This document shows, one piece after another, positions 1 through 14,368 of a stretch of 64,000 bases of DNA (position 1 is its first letter; each line of letters starts with the position of its first letter). A program made the translations under genes and the position numbers. Source of the stretch: Marsupella aquatica (lineage: Eukaryota > Plantae > Marchantiophyta); NCBI GenBank assembly GCA_973895155.1, contig OZ316893.1:4764977-4828976 (forward strand). Direction: 5' to 3'. The notes beneath the pieces were generated by a model. That model had not been told where the DNA came from, made no database searches, and was given only the letters and a program-made list of their open reading frames with translations.

Positions 1-1971
1 GGATATTGATGATGAAGATGCTGACGATTATGGGAATGTGTTGATCATTGAGGATGGAGAACCATCCACTTATTCAAAGGCCATGGCTTCCCTTGAGAAG
101 CCAGAATGGATTGCTGCCATGAATAAGGAAATGAAGTCACTCTATGACAACAAGACTTGACAACTAAAAGAGTTGCCTCAAGTAAAGCAAGCAGTTAATT
201 GCAAGTGGATGTATAAGGTGAAAGAAGGAGGCAGTGATCATGAGGAGAAGATTTACAAGGCAAAGTTGGTTGCCAAGGGTTTCACACAATGCAAAGGTGT
301 GAACTATAGTGATCACACAGGCTACCCTTCGCTTACTCATGGCACTTGTGATTATTTTTGACCTTTGCTTGAAATAAATGGATGTTGTCACAGTTTTCCT
401 ATATGGTTTGCTAGAAGAGGTGATCTTCATGAGACAGCCTGAAGCGTATGTCAAAAGAGGCAAGAAGCATCTGATGTGCAAGCTGTTAAAATCCTTGTAT
501 GGATTCAAACAAAGTCCAAGACAGTGGAACAAGAGGTTCAAAGATTTTATGTTTCACTTGGATTTATTCAAAGTGAGCATGACTGTTGTCTATACATGAA
601 GAGAGTGAATGATGAAACTTTTGGTTTTATTTTGCTAGCTCTTTCTGTGGATGATATGCTCATAGTAGCAAAGAATAAATCTAACATTACTAAGCTAAAA
701 GTTCAATTGAGCTTTGAGTTTAGTATGAAAGATTTGGGTGCTGCTAAGTGTATATTGGGCATGGAGATTCATAGGGATAGGCAAAATGATAAATTGTGAT
801 TGACACAAAGTAAGTACACTAATAAGGTTCTTGCCAAGTTCAATATGGCAAGTGTCAAGTCTGTGAGTACTCCTTTCGCATCACATTTCAAGTTTTTAAT
901 TGCATCTTGTCCCACAAATGCAATTGAGAGAGATCATATGTCTAAGGTTCCCTATGATAGTGTTGTGGGCAGTTTAATATATCTTATAGTTTGTACCAGA
1001 CCCGATATAGCACATGCTGTTGGATTGGTGAGCAGGTACATGTCTAATCCAAGAAAGATACATTGGGAAGCAACGAAGTGGATACTACGTTATCTATAGG
1101 AAACATTCTACTATTGAACTGCTGTTTAATGTACACAGTGAAGATGCAGAATCATTGATTGGCTATATGGACTCTGACTATGGAGGAGATTTGGACCAGA
1201 GGAAGTCCACTTCAAGATACACTTTCACTCTTGCAAGTGGATATGTAAGTTGGAGGTCCACAAAGCATAAATGCATATCTCAGTCTTCTACTGAAGCTAA
1301 ATATATGGTAGCAGTTGAAGCAACTAAAGAGATGATTTGGTTAAGCAACTTGGCGAAGGATTTGGAGATTACACAATGCATTGTGCTTCTCCATTGTGAT
1401 AGCAATAATGTTTTACACATTGCTGTCAACCAAATGACACATGACACATTGATATTCGATATCACTTCATCAGACAAGCAGTGTCAGCAGGAAAGGTTGA
1501 GCTAGTCAAGATTGATGGTAAACTCAATCCAGCTGACATGTTAACCAAGGTTATCCCTCATGGTAATTTTGCAAGACATTGCAATTCACTACAGATCTTA
1601 GCTTCAGATTGCTAGCAGCTAACTCAAGGATAGAGTCAAGGGGGAGTTTGTTAGAGTTTTGAGTCGATCTTGGCTAGGTTAACTAGAGTAAGTTAACCGG
1701 AGTTAACATTAGTTGACTAGACTCTTCATGAAGGGATAACCCTCTTTGTATCCTATGGAGAGAAAACACTTAGGTGAGATCTTTGTGTGAGAGAGCGAGA
1801 GTTTGGACCATGGAGCTATGGTGATATGTACTTTTCATGTTCATAGTGAAACTCTTGGTGCGGCCATGGACGTAGCCCTGATGGGGTAAACCACATATCT
1901 TTGTGTTGATGTACTTGAGTGCTGAATGATTAATGATTATAAGACGTCATACTGTCCATTTTGATCCTACA
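1..1971 (+). mobile_element. Ty1/Copia LTR retrotransposon, degenerate 3' part (RT, RNase H, PPT, 3' LTR)
   Basis: Frameshifted ORFs carry Copia RT motifs: CKWMYKVK, KAKLVAKGFTQ, SLYGFKQSPRQW, SVDDML (YVDD mutated) and MKDLGAAKCILG. RNase H motifs follow: DSDYGGD, SSTEAKY, HCDS, NPADML. The order is RT then RNase H, followed by PPT AAGGGGGAG at 1638-1646. Confidence 0.95.
1649..1971 (+). repeat. Putative 3' LTR of the Copia element
   Basis: Starts TGTTAGAG directly after the PPT. The right end (ATCCTACA) is inferred from the TG...CA rule; the partner LTR is outside the window. Confidence 0.6.
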
Positions 1972-2414
1972 TTGAATGAGCCACACAAGGTCCTCATAAT
2001 AGAAATGTATGTTGCAACCATGTAAGGGGACAAACTCCGTTCCAAGCCCGTTGTTTTGAATTATGCTTTGGTAGATAATGACGATCGTCATAGTTCATGA
2101 TTTTAAACTTTCCTTCTAAACTTTGAAGCTTGTCAGTGATTGGTGATTTTTATTTTTGAATGATTTGCTCATAGTGCGTTGCAGTGTTGTGCAAACAATT
2201 ATTGCTAACGATTATGATAATGATATATTGATAATGAAATTCAATGTAAAAATTGAGTAAAAAATGATGATAGTGTCGGGTCGAGTTCTTGGCGCTCCAA
2301 CGATAATTAAGGTCCTCTCAAAACATATTTGCAAGGTGGTTACTTGGATCGAAGTGTAGAATAGTGTCTTTCCAATTCAAAACTCTCATCTCAATTTGGC
2401 TAATTATCTGAAAA

Positions 2415-2470
2415 CTAGCTCAGTACCTATGCGTTTATGTAAAAAATCACTTGCAAAAAGATGTTGATAC
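2415..2470 (-). mobile_element. Degenerate Helitron-like 3' terminus
   Basis: A|CTAGCTCAGTACCTATGCGTT resembles the better preserved A|CTAGCTCAATATCCGTGCGTTGCA at 37843. Confidence 0.35.
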
Positions 2471-5400
2471 GTAAAAGACGATCATTGTGAAAGAGTATTT
2501 GATTTTGGATTTTAGATTTGATAATCTGCACATGTATGACTCATCTCTTAGTAGCCTATCGCACATAACCACTCTCCAAAGATTCTAGAAAATCCTTAGA
2601 CACCCTTATGCACACAATCCAACAATGATAAAAACAGATCTAGATTGTATTTGATGACTGGATTTTATTCCCTCCTTTTAAGTTTGTAAGTTGACAAAAA
2701 AATTTGGCGAGATTACATATCATAGTTGATAATCTTTGTTATACCCATCATTTGTCTGGCCTATGAATTTCCTACCCGCTCTCCCTTTTTATCCTTCTAA
2801 TTGATCAATTTGGTATCTGTAACTCCTATTTGGGGGTGAAGTAGTGAAATTATCAAGGGGCGGAGGATCGGATTTCCGTACCAAGATTAGTAAAAAAATT
2901 ACTCTCAATTTTAGAAGATAACCTTTCCTAATCAAACAATTGTCTGACCAATTTTTGTTGTGTGGTTATTGGTTACACATATCATCCATAAGTTACTGAA
3001 TTCAACGTGATGTTGTATTCTAATCTGATAAGTCGCTATACAATGCTCGCAACAAAAACATGGGTCCAATGAGGACTATGATTGGGTCTTGTTGAGTTAA
3101 TTTTCTTTGAAGTGTCCTGAAACACTACGATCATCTTTATTTTCCAGAAAACGAATGTCAACCACCCTACTCGTCGATGGACGGTGGCAAATTATGGTCA
3201 AGCTTTTGATGCTCTAGACATTCTAAAGCGACTGTACAACATCTATATTACAAAGGACATGGTAGTCGATCTTGCCCCACATTTTAAGTTTGTAATATTG
3301 TAATGCGTTGTCACACAATGCTTCGTAGATCGATCGCGCTTCAAATTCCAGTGATCTTGTTTGAAAATTAGGATTTCATATTTGGAACATCTTTGTCTGT
3401 CCTTATTGTTATCTACTTTTGTTCCTCCATAAGTTTGGGCAATATATGATTTTCCATGAAAGATTCGAGATGAGAAACAAAGATCCCAAAGAGAGCGTGC
3501 TGACTATTATTTTACAGATTAAAAATTTTAAGCCAGATTTTATAGCGACAATTCTACCAAAAAAGTCTTCTGAGCTTTATGGCATATATCTCTCCTTTGT
3601 ACTCCTCAATTCATGGCCCCAAACAATATTGGGCAATGAAACTTCGGGACCAGACTGAACGATGAACAACTTCGTGACACTTGCAATCACATTTTGACTT
3701 ATAAAGTACTCCTAGTGACATGTACGCATTTCATATCTGGTACATTTGTGTGTATAGATTCCTAAAATTAGTTGTATTTTACAGCCCCTTTTAAAAAGAG
3801 TATCATACGCATAATTATCTTAGTCAATGTATTGTCTCGTCACATGAGCTCAATGATATCTACCAGATAAATGTAGCCCTCAAGATTAATTTGAAGATAT
3901 CATATTTTCTTCTTGATTTTATTTTCTTGTTCTTTTTTACATCGTTCCTCATCCTATCCTAAGTTCTAACCGTCCATTGAGTTTAGGCAACTATCTCTAC
4001 AGCTTGGAAATTATAATATGTTGCTTGCTAATAAGGAAAAATAGATGTGACCAAAAGTCTCCCAGATCTCCACATGCATTTTTAGCTTAGACATATCTCA
4101 CGGTTCTCCAGACTCCCAGTCCATTGCAGTTATAAGTTTACTTCGTCATCAAGAGTCAAAACGCAATCGATGTATTAATTTGATTTAATATATATTCTCC
4201 TCAATTTATTGGCTGAATTGAAGTTTAGTTTACTGATGAGACCTTAATTATATATATAACTATACATGTAGTTCAAGTTCTATATATCTCCATTCTTACA
4301 AGATATATCAACATTATTTGCCGTCTATATAATCCAACTTTTTATGGTTACGAACATTGTTTAGCTAAGGTTTCTTTTTATATTCTGTGTATGCCGGCAG
4401 GCGGTCGCTTCGACGTCATGACCTCGCTTTTCTTGTTATGCATCACGAGTGAAAGCTTAACTTTCTAAGATGAAGATTATCAAAGATCTCGATAAAGGTG
4501 AAATGAGCACAAGAATGGTCGGGTAAGGTCATCTAGTAAGATGAAGTCCTACTTCTATCAATCCGTTTTTGCATTTCATTTCAACAATCCATCTTGCAAT
4601 CGAAGTTTGAATGTTTCTTCCTCCATTCTTCTCAAACAACTTTTGAACACTTTCTGTATGACCTGCAAAAGAGAAGGTGCAGATCCGTCGGGGAGACCTC
4701 AACAGATTGTTATTTACAAGTTCTCAAGATTTTCTTGTACTACTAATTTATGTCATATTTATTTTAATTTTCTTTCAATTGTTTGTTAGCCGCCCAATTG
4801 GCTGCCAGATTTTGGTTGGTATTTTGAGTTACAGTCCAACGTTGCTCGTAGGTCTGAATATTTGTTCATTAATTGACTTATGTCCGAACGTTTGGTGTCA
4901 TTTTCCAGGAATGATATGAGTGAATTATAGTTTCAACAAGTTTTGGAAACCAAGTTGGTGGTTTTCAAGAAGGCATATGGGGCTCAGGGTTGCGGATACA
5001 ACCATAAGGTTACTCTGATTGTTGTAAAAAAAAATTATCATATCTATTTTTTCCCTATAAATAGAAGCAAGAATATACTACCAGGTAAGACATGTCTTGC
5101 TCTCAATACCTTTCACTCTAACTCAATGACAACGCACTGAACAAATCATTACAAAAATTGACAAAAATGATCTTTGGATAAGATCAAACAGAAAATTAAT
5201 ATGGCATGGAAAACCTTGAGATGCACCATGTAACCCATCCATGGTTTGTCGCAATACTAGATATCAGGTTTAGTTGCGCTAAGCTTGGATCAATATAAAA
5301 AGTGGAGTATATAAGTGAAAATTTTGAGTACACACTACTTTGTAAAAGTCTGGTGCCTCCCAAGACGTATGAGGATGACGTAATGCGCATGCGGGCCTGT

Positions 5401-7274
5401 GTCATCATGGCTGAGATTGCGGAGCTGACAAGCCCATTCACCCAAAATCATGGTGCCCATTGCAACTATGTTAAGCCTTTCAATAGGTGCAATAACACTA
5501 GAATTCATAATATTTTCACAGTGCTCGTATCAGTAGTGAAGAATTCATAATATTCCCAGTGAGATACACACATCTCCACAAAAGAAAAATGTGTTCAATA
5601 CCCACAACATTGAGTATCAATGCTATGTACCCAAGAATTGGACTACCGTGAGGATCAAATACCCCATAGCTAAGATACTAGGGAGATTGAATATATATTC
5701 TAAGATACATAGTGTGCATATCCAGTACAATGATCAATCTAAGCGTACTATGTGTACCACTGAGGTACTGTGAACATTGATTACTCAAAAATTGAAATAT
5801 TGTGTAAATTGAATGTCCAGTCTAAAGTACGCAATGTGCATATCAAGTACAATAATCAATAAGAGGATACCGTGAATAATCATGGAATACCGTGAGTACT
5901 AAGTGTGCAATCCCTAGGGTACTATGTATATTGAATGTGCATTTTAAAGTTCACAATGTGTATGTCAAGTACATCATCAAGTTTAAATGCAATGATATAT
6001 AATAAGAAAAGGTACAAGATGTGCACTTGATACCTTTATGTTCAGGTGATCAGGTATAATCGGTACGCCCGTATGATGCGGTATGCCGGTATGATATGGT
6101 ACGTCGGTATGGTCGTACAACCATAGTATGGTCGAACGGACGAGTTGAGTGCAAAAATATTGCAAAATTTAAAAACCGTTGAAATCAAAATCCAATCATG
6201 AAAAACGGTCAAAAACTGAATCAAAAAACTAAGACCACTTTGTCAACGTGAAATCTTGACGGGAATGCAAATATGTAATCTATTGAAACTTTTATCAAGC
6301 CAAAATCCAAAATTTCAATGCGCGACAATTCTGAAGTGAATAAAACATGAGACAAAATGAGTCCGGAGTAAGAGAATTTATAATGCGCTTTACTAGAATG
6401 GATGAAAAACCGTAAGACAACAATGTAAGCACTACTCAATAATGAAAAATTGACCACCGTCTATATAACTGACGGGCATGCTATGCAATGATCATCTACG
6501 TATAATCGACGAACGTTGCTAAGCAAAAAACTAGAAATTGTGACCGGATTTACTTCAAAACTGAAGTGAATGAAGCAAGGCCCAGGAGGTATACCCCCTG
6601 GTCCCAAAGGATGGGCTGCCTCACCAGATAAGGCAATCTGTGAAGAGCCCTCCCAGCCACTGAGACCTCATCATAAGAGACAAAATAGTGATGTGCAAGA
6701 TAGGATGATCTCAGATTAAGCTAACCTACTAACTAACTAACCTAATTGATTACATGACCCTATCTGGTGCTGTCGTATCCTAGGTGGCGGCAAGGCGGGT
6801 TGAATCCTGAGCCACAATCCTAGCATCAGTCGCTCACCAACCGCTATATCTATCTGGCAGTGCCCTATATTAATTATGATCACTCGCTAATTAGGGTAGC
6901 CGCTCAAACCCAAGTATGTGATTAAGCGCTGACGAGGTTTGCATGACACAGCCAAACGTTTAATTTTAATCTATCCTCTTTTACTTTAGATATATATAGG
7001 AAAATATTTCCTTCTACACTATTGAAGCATTTAGTTAACCAACTTACAGATAACTATTCTTCAACACTATATTGTAGTCCATAGGTTGACTACTAAAATG
7101 ATAACATAAAATCAAGTGAGTTTTGGGTTCAATAATCATTTACAATACAGATAATTCTCAATTTAATCACTCAATTCTAACATATTTCATAGATATTCGC
7201 AAATTTTGGAATCACATATCTAAGTTAAAATTGTCTTAATTAATTGAATTGAAATTTTTTTAATTAAACTTAGA

Positions 7275-7780
7275 ATAGGGATCTTATTGTCTAGCGATCA
7301 AGTCTATTTGCTTGGATTATCCTTGTTAGGTGTTTGGATAAGGATGATCCCTATCCGCCATTTGGATAGGAATGATCCCGATCCACTATTTGGACAAGGA
7401 TCTTATTATCTAGACTTCAAGTCTACGTACTTGAATTGTCCTTGTCAACTGTTGATCTCTATCCACCATTAGGACAAGAAGCATCCCTATCCACTTTTTA
7501 GACTCTATCATTGTTATTCGTGTTTTGGATAGGGAAATCTCTATCTACCATTTGAACAATGACCCTATTCACTATTTGGACAAAGATTATCTTTATCTGC
7601 CATTTGGATAGGATCATCTCTATCCAACATCTGAATACTTTAGTGATCAGGGATCTTAGGCTAGATAGGGATCATACCTATCCACAGTTTGGGTATTAGG
7701 TTCAAGGATCTTTTTGCTCCATATGCATTATCTTTGGATAGGGTTGACACCTATCCGCTTCCTAGTTGGGATCATCCTTA
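7275..7780. repeat. Degenerate array of GGATAGGGAT / ATCCCTATCC motifs in both orientations (probable MITE remnant)
   Basis: Many copies of tttggatagg and ctatcc(a/g)c in direct and inverted orientation. Confidence 0.55.
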
Positions 7781-8087
7781 ACTGATAATTCACATTTCAA
7801 ATTGTGCAGGTAAATAGGTGTAAGAATGATGAAAATATTTCTGAGAGGCGATAATGTGATATTGACAATTGATCGTTACGATATTGCAAGCGGAACAATT
7901 CAAAAAATCAAGTCAAAGTATAGTGTTCAAAATATATTGTTGAAAGAGAATCAAATTGGCATTGTGATTTTCTCTTAAGTTATAAAAAATTATTTGTTTT
8001 AATATGCTATAGATTATATAAGTAATTTAGTAGTTAGATTATTAAATTTAGACTTTATTGACTTCTTTAGCTATATTAACGGACTAC

Positions 8088-8365
8088 AGTAGTTCCACCA
8101 ATGCATATGAGTAGTTCCACCAACTATAATAATATTCACCAATGCATAGTAGGTCCACTAGCGCATAGTAGTTCTACGAACTACAGTAATACCAACGCAC
8201 AGTAGGTCCACTAACGCATGGTAGTTTCACCAACTAAAATAATATTCACCAACGCACAGTAGGTCCACTAACGCATAGTAGTTCTACCAACTACAGTAAT
8301 ACCAACGCACAGTAGGTCCACCAACGCATGGTAGTTCCACCAACTAAAAGTAGTTTCACCAACTA
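8088..8365 (+). repeat. Tandem minisatellite (GTAGTTCCACCAAC-type units of about 20 bp, higher-order unit of about 80 bp)
   Basis: Repeated gtagttccaccaac / gtaggtccactaacgca motifs are visible directly. Confidence 0.85.
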
Positions 8366-10154
8366 TGAACAGTACTAGCACACTCTTAGGTATTTGATGC
8401 TTGCTACTTGGCCTTCTCCAGCTTTGAACATTCTTTTCAATCTGCATCTATGGACTAGCTCAAAATAGGGTATGTAAGAAACTCATCATTTTTTTTTGCT
8501 TTTTGTACAAGGATAGTAAGAAATACATTTTAGCATTAGTAAAGTACTTAGGGTTTGCAACCCTAAGTCACTAAGGAAGGATAGTAAGGAATCATGGAAG
8601 GGAAAAATATGCTGTTCTAAGAAGATGTAAAGGGATAAGTGAGGTCTTTATGGTAGGGCAGCAAATATTCTTTCCTTAGTTAGGATAGGCGACTAAGTCG
8701 GGACCGGAAAATGACCCAACACCTGACATCTCATTTTTGGCTAATATTTCTCCCATGGGTGCGGGGAGGTCCCTAGGGAACCCTGAAAAATTATGAAGTG
8801 AAGTAGGGTCTCAACCTAGGAATTGTGAGTATTTTGGCTGAACTTAAAATAACCATCTAGCGGATCCCGGAGAAATTAGCCAAGGGGTAGATATTTTTGG
8901 TTCGAGGTTAAAATTGGGTATAGTATAGCCCATAATACCCTTGAAAGTCTAAGAAGTAGTTTATCAACTTTGGTTAGTTTTTGGGAGCACCTCAAAGATT
9001 GGGAAAAGTAATGCAACCTATAGATATGGGCAAACTTAGGTATTTTTAGAAAAGTCAGTGCGGGGTATTTAGTGCGTTTGACAAATTCAGGATGGACTCC
9101 TATGTCCAAGGATCCCATAACTATGCTCAGAAGTTCTTTTAGACCTATGGGTGATTTTTGGCATGGCTTTAAAAAGGGCTAGTACAAAGTTTTCTCCCAC
9201 GAGAGAACCAAATTTTTTCTAAGTGTGGAAACGCGACGACGCGGCTGCGACGAGGCTAGCACGAGGCAGGAAGGAGTCTAAGCACGAGGGCGGCTGCGAG
9301 TTAAGTGATTAGACTATAAAATCACATAGTGAAAAATCTATGGTGGGCTATTGTTGCTCCAGCACGAGATCGGCTAACTTAGGCAATGTGAAATTGATGC
9401 AGCAGCTGTCTAGTAAACATGATCTCTGCCTGGATGCTGACAAATTGAGAAAGAGCAGGCACTACATAGGCTATAGAGCTTGCTGCCAAGGAAAACGTGG
9501 ATTCTGCTGGCTGATTCACTCTACTGGCTGATTCAATGTGCTGGCTGATTCAATCTGCGGGTAGGTAAGCTTGTGCTGAGTAAATTCAAAAGAGAATGGC
9601 TGGCAATTGAGAATCCATGTGCTGAGAATTGACCAGCTGCTGCAATTTACAGCAGTTGTGAGCTATGGCTATTCCTGAGCAAATCAATCACAATCCAGCC
9701 CAACAATTAGAAGGGACTCAGTCATAAATCAGAGGAGAAGCTACTGTAAAAATTAGTCAAGCAATTAGTCAAGAAATCATCCTCAAATCAGCTGCACAAT
9801 CAGGCACGATACTAAACTCTATAGCTTCTGGAAAGACTGGACCTTATGAGGAACTCTCTCAGGTCGACACCTGGTATACACATAGGTGTAAACCGGGACC
9901 TATGATAGTGTAATTCAGAGCCCTTTTGCACATAAGGGATTGAGAGAGGGAAAATGCCATAACTTGAGCTAGGGGCATCCGTTGGGGCCCATATTTTTTG
10001 TGCCGATTCAAGGAAAGGTAAAGCATCGTTGAGTGAAGGTAGAAACCCAGGAAAAGAAATACCTAGAGATATTTTAAACCGTCGCCATGGGGGGTCCCGC
10101 TAGCTTGCAAACAGGAGCTGCCAAGGGGGAATGAATACCAGATGTAGGGCCTGA

Positions 10155-10555
10155 TTGATTGCATCCACCTTTCCTTCATTTGGCCTCCTCCCTTCAACTC
10201 CACAAATCTGTTCCACAATCAAAACTTCACGGAGCCCAAATGAAGATTTTTCTCCAGAAAGAGTGAGCCCAACTTCAATCAGTCTCTTCAAGATGGCCTT
10301 CACATCCTGAATGTGCTTCCATACAAACTGTCGCAACCCATCTTCTCAACAGTCTCATCCTTCTTTGCCTCCAAGCATCCCTTGATTGACATATCATCAA
10401 GGAATGGTTGAGTCTTCTCTGGAATAAAACGATGTAGTACCTTATTCATGCATATGTGCCACTGAATTGGTTGCTCCTTGAGGCAAAGTACACATGCGAA
10501 GTAACCCCAAAGGTGTCCTCATTGTATGATATCTTTGCTACTTTGAGCCAACTGA
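10155..10555 (-). mobile_element. Ty3/Gypsy reverse transcriptase fragment (degenerate)
   Basis: Minus-strand translation gives MCTLPQGATNSVAH, QPFLDDMSIKG, HIQDVKAILKRLIEVGLTLSGEKSSFG and RRPNEGKVDAI. Confidence 0.85.
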
Positions 10556-10557
10556 CT

Positions 10558-10760
10558 TAAATGTATCCTTTTTAAGTCAAATGTATGCATTTTCACTCAA
10601 ATGTATCTATTTTGATGCTCAAATATACACTTTTCATTACCTAAATATACACTCTTTAGGCCAATTGTACATTTTTCTATCCCCAAATGTACACTTTTCC
10701 AAGCTCAAAAGTACAATTTTTTTGCCCAAATATACATAAATCAAATAATAATACACTTTC
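10558..10760 (+). repeat. Degenerate tandem repeat of about 21 bp (CAAATGTACACTTT core)
   Basis: About nine variants of caaat(g/a)tacacttt in series. Confidence 0.7.
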
Positions 10761-12231
10761 AATGAATAGGTTGATCTTTGCCTAACCATTCGCACCCTCC
10801 TTAGTGGACATCCTCCTCAATAGCCTCTGTTATTGCTCATTTTCCTCCAAGGCCATCCCTCAGTGAGCTCAATTAATGGCCTCCCTTGCCACCCCCTTCC
10901 TCCACAACCTCTCCAAATAATACTCTCCCTCCTTGTGAAGCCATTCTGACTTGCTCTCCTCAATAACCACTCTTATCATGCTCACTCTTCTTCTAGTAGC
11001 CTCCTTGATACTCTACCCATTGTATAGGATGGCCTCTTTGTGCAACCAGGTGTTTGGCCAAAAAACCAACATGTGCATGTCTGTGATGAGTTGGCAAAGT
11101 GGATGTTGCATATTCAAATCACAGACACCAAATTCACCTCTTGGTATACTTTGAGTAACTAGCTGGTTGTATTTGAACATGTTGCACTATACCCATATAC
11201 AATAGGCCTTCTTAGCAATTGTTGTCCAACACTCTAGCTTGGACACCCCATGTTGTGCCATGCCTCTTGACAATTCTACTAGTGTGTTGGCCCTCACTAC
11301 CTGCAATGTTGCCCAGATCCTATGCTTACTAAGCAATACATGACTAGACTTATTGTGGTACCAAGCGTCACATCTATTTTGTTTAATTAGTGCTCGGTTT
11401 AGTGTTGGTTTTGGATGATTGTGTACATGTTCACCTCTAGCAACTTACATGTTTTTGATATACTATAGCCACAATAATAATAATTTATGTCATGACATTG
11501 CAATGATAGTCACTTTTTTAATTCTTAGTTTTTCTTCTCTCTAGGCTTTTCATTCATGATTACAACAGGGTCAAACTGAGGTATTCCTCAATGGCATATC
11601 TAAATGCAGATCTACAGTAGTCAAAACATTAGCTGACACACATGAGTCATTTGCCAAATTTTTGCAAGGATGTTACAATCAAACACTATAAGAAGCAATC
11701 CTCTTCTTATTACATCAGTCAGTGTCCAATCAAAACTTTGCGGTCAATCATGTTCCCCTAACCAGGTCCACTGAGCAACTAGAAATTCATCAATATGACT
11801 GATCAAAGTTATATTTGTCACATTCGGTTCACAATTGGGAGCTCAAATTTGTCCGTTGGGAGCTGATACCATTTCACGAACGCTTCCTTTGGGACATTTG
11901 TGTGCAATTCTCTACTTATTAGGGCCCGGTCTCAAATATAGGGTCGGGTCTTCATTCCGCGGGATTGACTTAGTGCCCGAAACTTGTGCCACGACTCCCT
12001 TTGACGGGTTTAGGTTATCGTTGCCCATTGAGTTTTGAAACGGCCCATGACAAAGTGTTGCGATCTAGACACAACATGACCTTGATTCTGAAACGCCCCG
12101 TGTGACGTTCGTATCTATGTGCACACACTACTCTACACTCACTTCAAATTTGAACGTCGAGCCATCGCGCCAAGTTTTTGCCTCATAATTTTTGAACCTA
12201 ATGATTTTAGTGCAAGACGCACTGCAGCATT

Positions 12232-13793
12232 ATGGAGATGGAGCACATTCTTGTAGAGACTTCGAGTGATGTGAGGGCAATGTTCTATGAGCAGGGCTCT
12301 AGGTTTGGCATTGGAGGACGAGGATTCATCCCACCACGCGTGATTCATCCTGCATCCCTACAGGACTTAACATCACAGGGGAATCGTGCATTGCAGGCAC
12401 CTGCACATCCAGCTATGGCAGCAATGCAGGGCAGAGCACGAGGTGTAGGCTCAGGTAGCCAGGTTTCAGGCACAAAGCTGACACAGAAAGATTACGCTTT
12501 GATTATCGATTACTTGGAGGTTCACGATAACTATAATGCCATCTTTGGGGCAGGTTGACGAACGAGGCAAGGTAACTGGTATCAGTCAAAAAGATATGTC
12601 TTCACTTCCATGGCTGCCGTGCTGGCTGACTACGGGTTCCCCAAGATGGATGGTGCTAATCTAGCTAAGCGGTTTGGTTGACACCAAGATATGTACAAGA
12701 AGGCTTTGATGCTAAAAAATTTGACAGGAGGGGGTTTATCTGAGGAGGAGATCCAGTGTGGGATCACTATTGAGCAGAAATTAGACAAGATGTGCCCCTT
12801 GTTTGATTGCATGCATGCAATTTGTGGTGAACGTGCTAACATCCAGCCTCCCAGCATTGCCAGCCATGGTTTTCCAGGATGCGGAATCACAAAATCCCCA
12901 GATCAGGTGGAGGATCCAGTTGAAGACAACGAAAATGAAGGGGCAGATTTTGAGGAAGAGCCAACATCACCAACCTGGCTGATGGTAGGTAAGATCGATA
13001 TTTGACAGTGAGACGTAACCAGCTTTCCTTGTTTTGTACTCAAGCCTTAGTTTGATGGAGACCAAGGTTGTGCTCAAATAATGCTAGCAATTTTTGTATG
13101 TAGCATTTTTGCATGAACTGAATGTATGCAACCATGATTTGTTGTTTGCATGTAGACTCTCCACCAGAAGTAGAGGAGGAGTCAATTCACCATGCAGCTG
13201 GTGAAGCCCAAGCACAATCTCCAGAGGCAACACAAGGAGAACCTTGCGCTACAGGGACTGAAGAAGTTAGAGCAACTCAGACCCCTCCCATAAACGTGCC
13301 AGCATCTCGGCCTAATCAGACAGGAACTCAAGGGCAGGCACCAGGGTGATCAAATTCCACATCAAGGGTGAATGACAAAGCACAGCCAGCAAAAAAGAAG
13401 TCCAATCATTCAACAACGTCGAAAGGGAGCTTAGCAGCCATGTATGCTGAGCAGAAAAAGGATAAGGCAATTTTTAGGAAGGAGATGATTGGAATCAAGA
13501 ATCAATGGAAGAAAGACAAAATAGAAGACAGACAGACTTGATGATGCTAAGAAGGATAAATTGGACAGAGTTCACAAAATAAGGATTGAACATTTCAATG
13601 CCTCTCAAGCTGAGAAGCACCTGAAGATGGACCAGCAACATCAGTTCATGTTGGCTTAGTTGACTATGTGTGGACAGATCATGATAGAATTATGCACGAC
13701 TGGGAAATCAGAGGGGGAAATTGAATGACTAATGAAGATGGTTCAAACAACGATACCCATGGATTCAGGCCCTTCTATGCCAGACTTAGTGTA
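12232..13793 (+). pseudogene. Harbinger Myb/SANT-like DNA-binding protein (ORF1), disrupted
   Basis: The frame reads through in-frame TGA stops: LIIDYLEVHDNYNAIFGAG*...ANLAKRFG*HQDMYKKA...TGGGL...KLDKMCPLFDCMHAICGERANIQPP. A probable intron lies at about 12986-13155, and a charged coiled-coil-like C-terminus follows. It is convergent with the transposase, as is common in Harbingers. Confidence 0.7.
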
Positions 13794-14368
13794 GTGCTTT
13801 ATAGCAAGCCAGGGGGATTAGGATCCAGGGGCGATATTCTAGAATGGAGCGATTGCTTCAGGATTTGTATGAGAACCTATAAATTTTGGTTTTGTTAAAC
13901 ACTTATAAATTTTGGTAGTGTACTTGATGTGCACACTTATTTTTACTTTTGTTGGAACAAGATTGTTTGTTCGATGGACAAGATCTCTACAAGTGTCTGT
14001 TTGTCGACTCTATGTCTTTGTATGTTCTTTGTTCTCATTAATTTGCTATGCATCAAGTGAGGTGTGTTAACATTCAGTATCACTCCACATACTGAAAACA
14101 CTTCCATACAGATTGAGCTCGAGAAAGAGTTTTTCAATTAAGTGAGGTTTGTATACATTGGAAATTGAATGTACCTACTACGTACTGTACTTTAAACAAC
14201 TACCCTCCTATTTGCATTTACATCATGGTCGTAAACAAAAAAAATGCAGTAGTAGATGCAGAAGAAGCATGCTAAGTACCCGATGACTCCATCAATTATG
14301 AATCATAGTTCCCAATGACATCCCCCTGGTTGTCGATTGAAAGAGATAGCTCGAGCCATAACTCCTTG

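Noticed and set aside
8700-10150. Possible LTR and leader of a Gypsy element
   Set aside because: It looks TE-like, but I could not establish paired LTRs, a PBS or a TSD.
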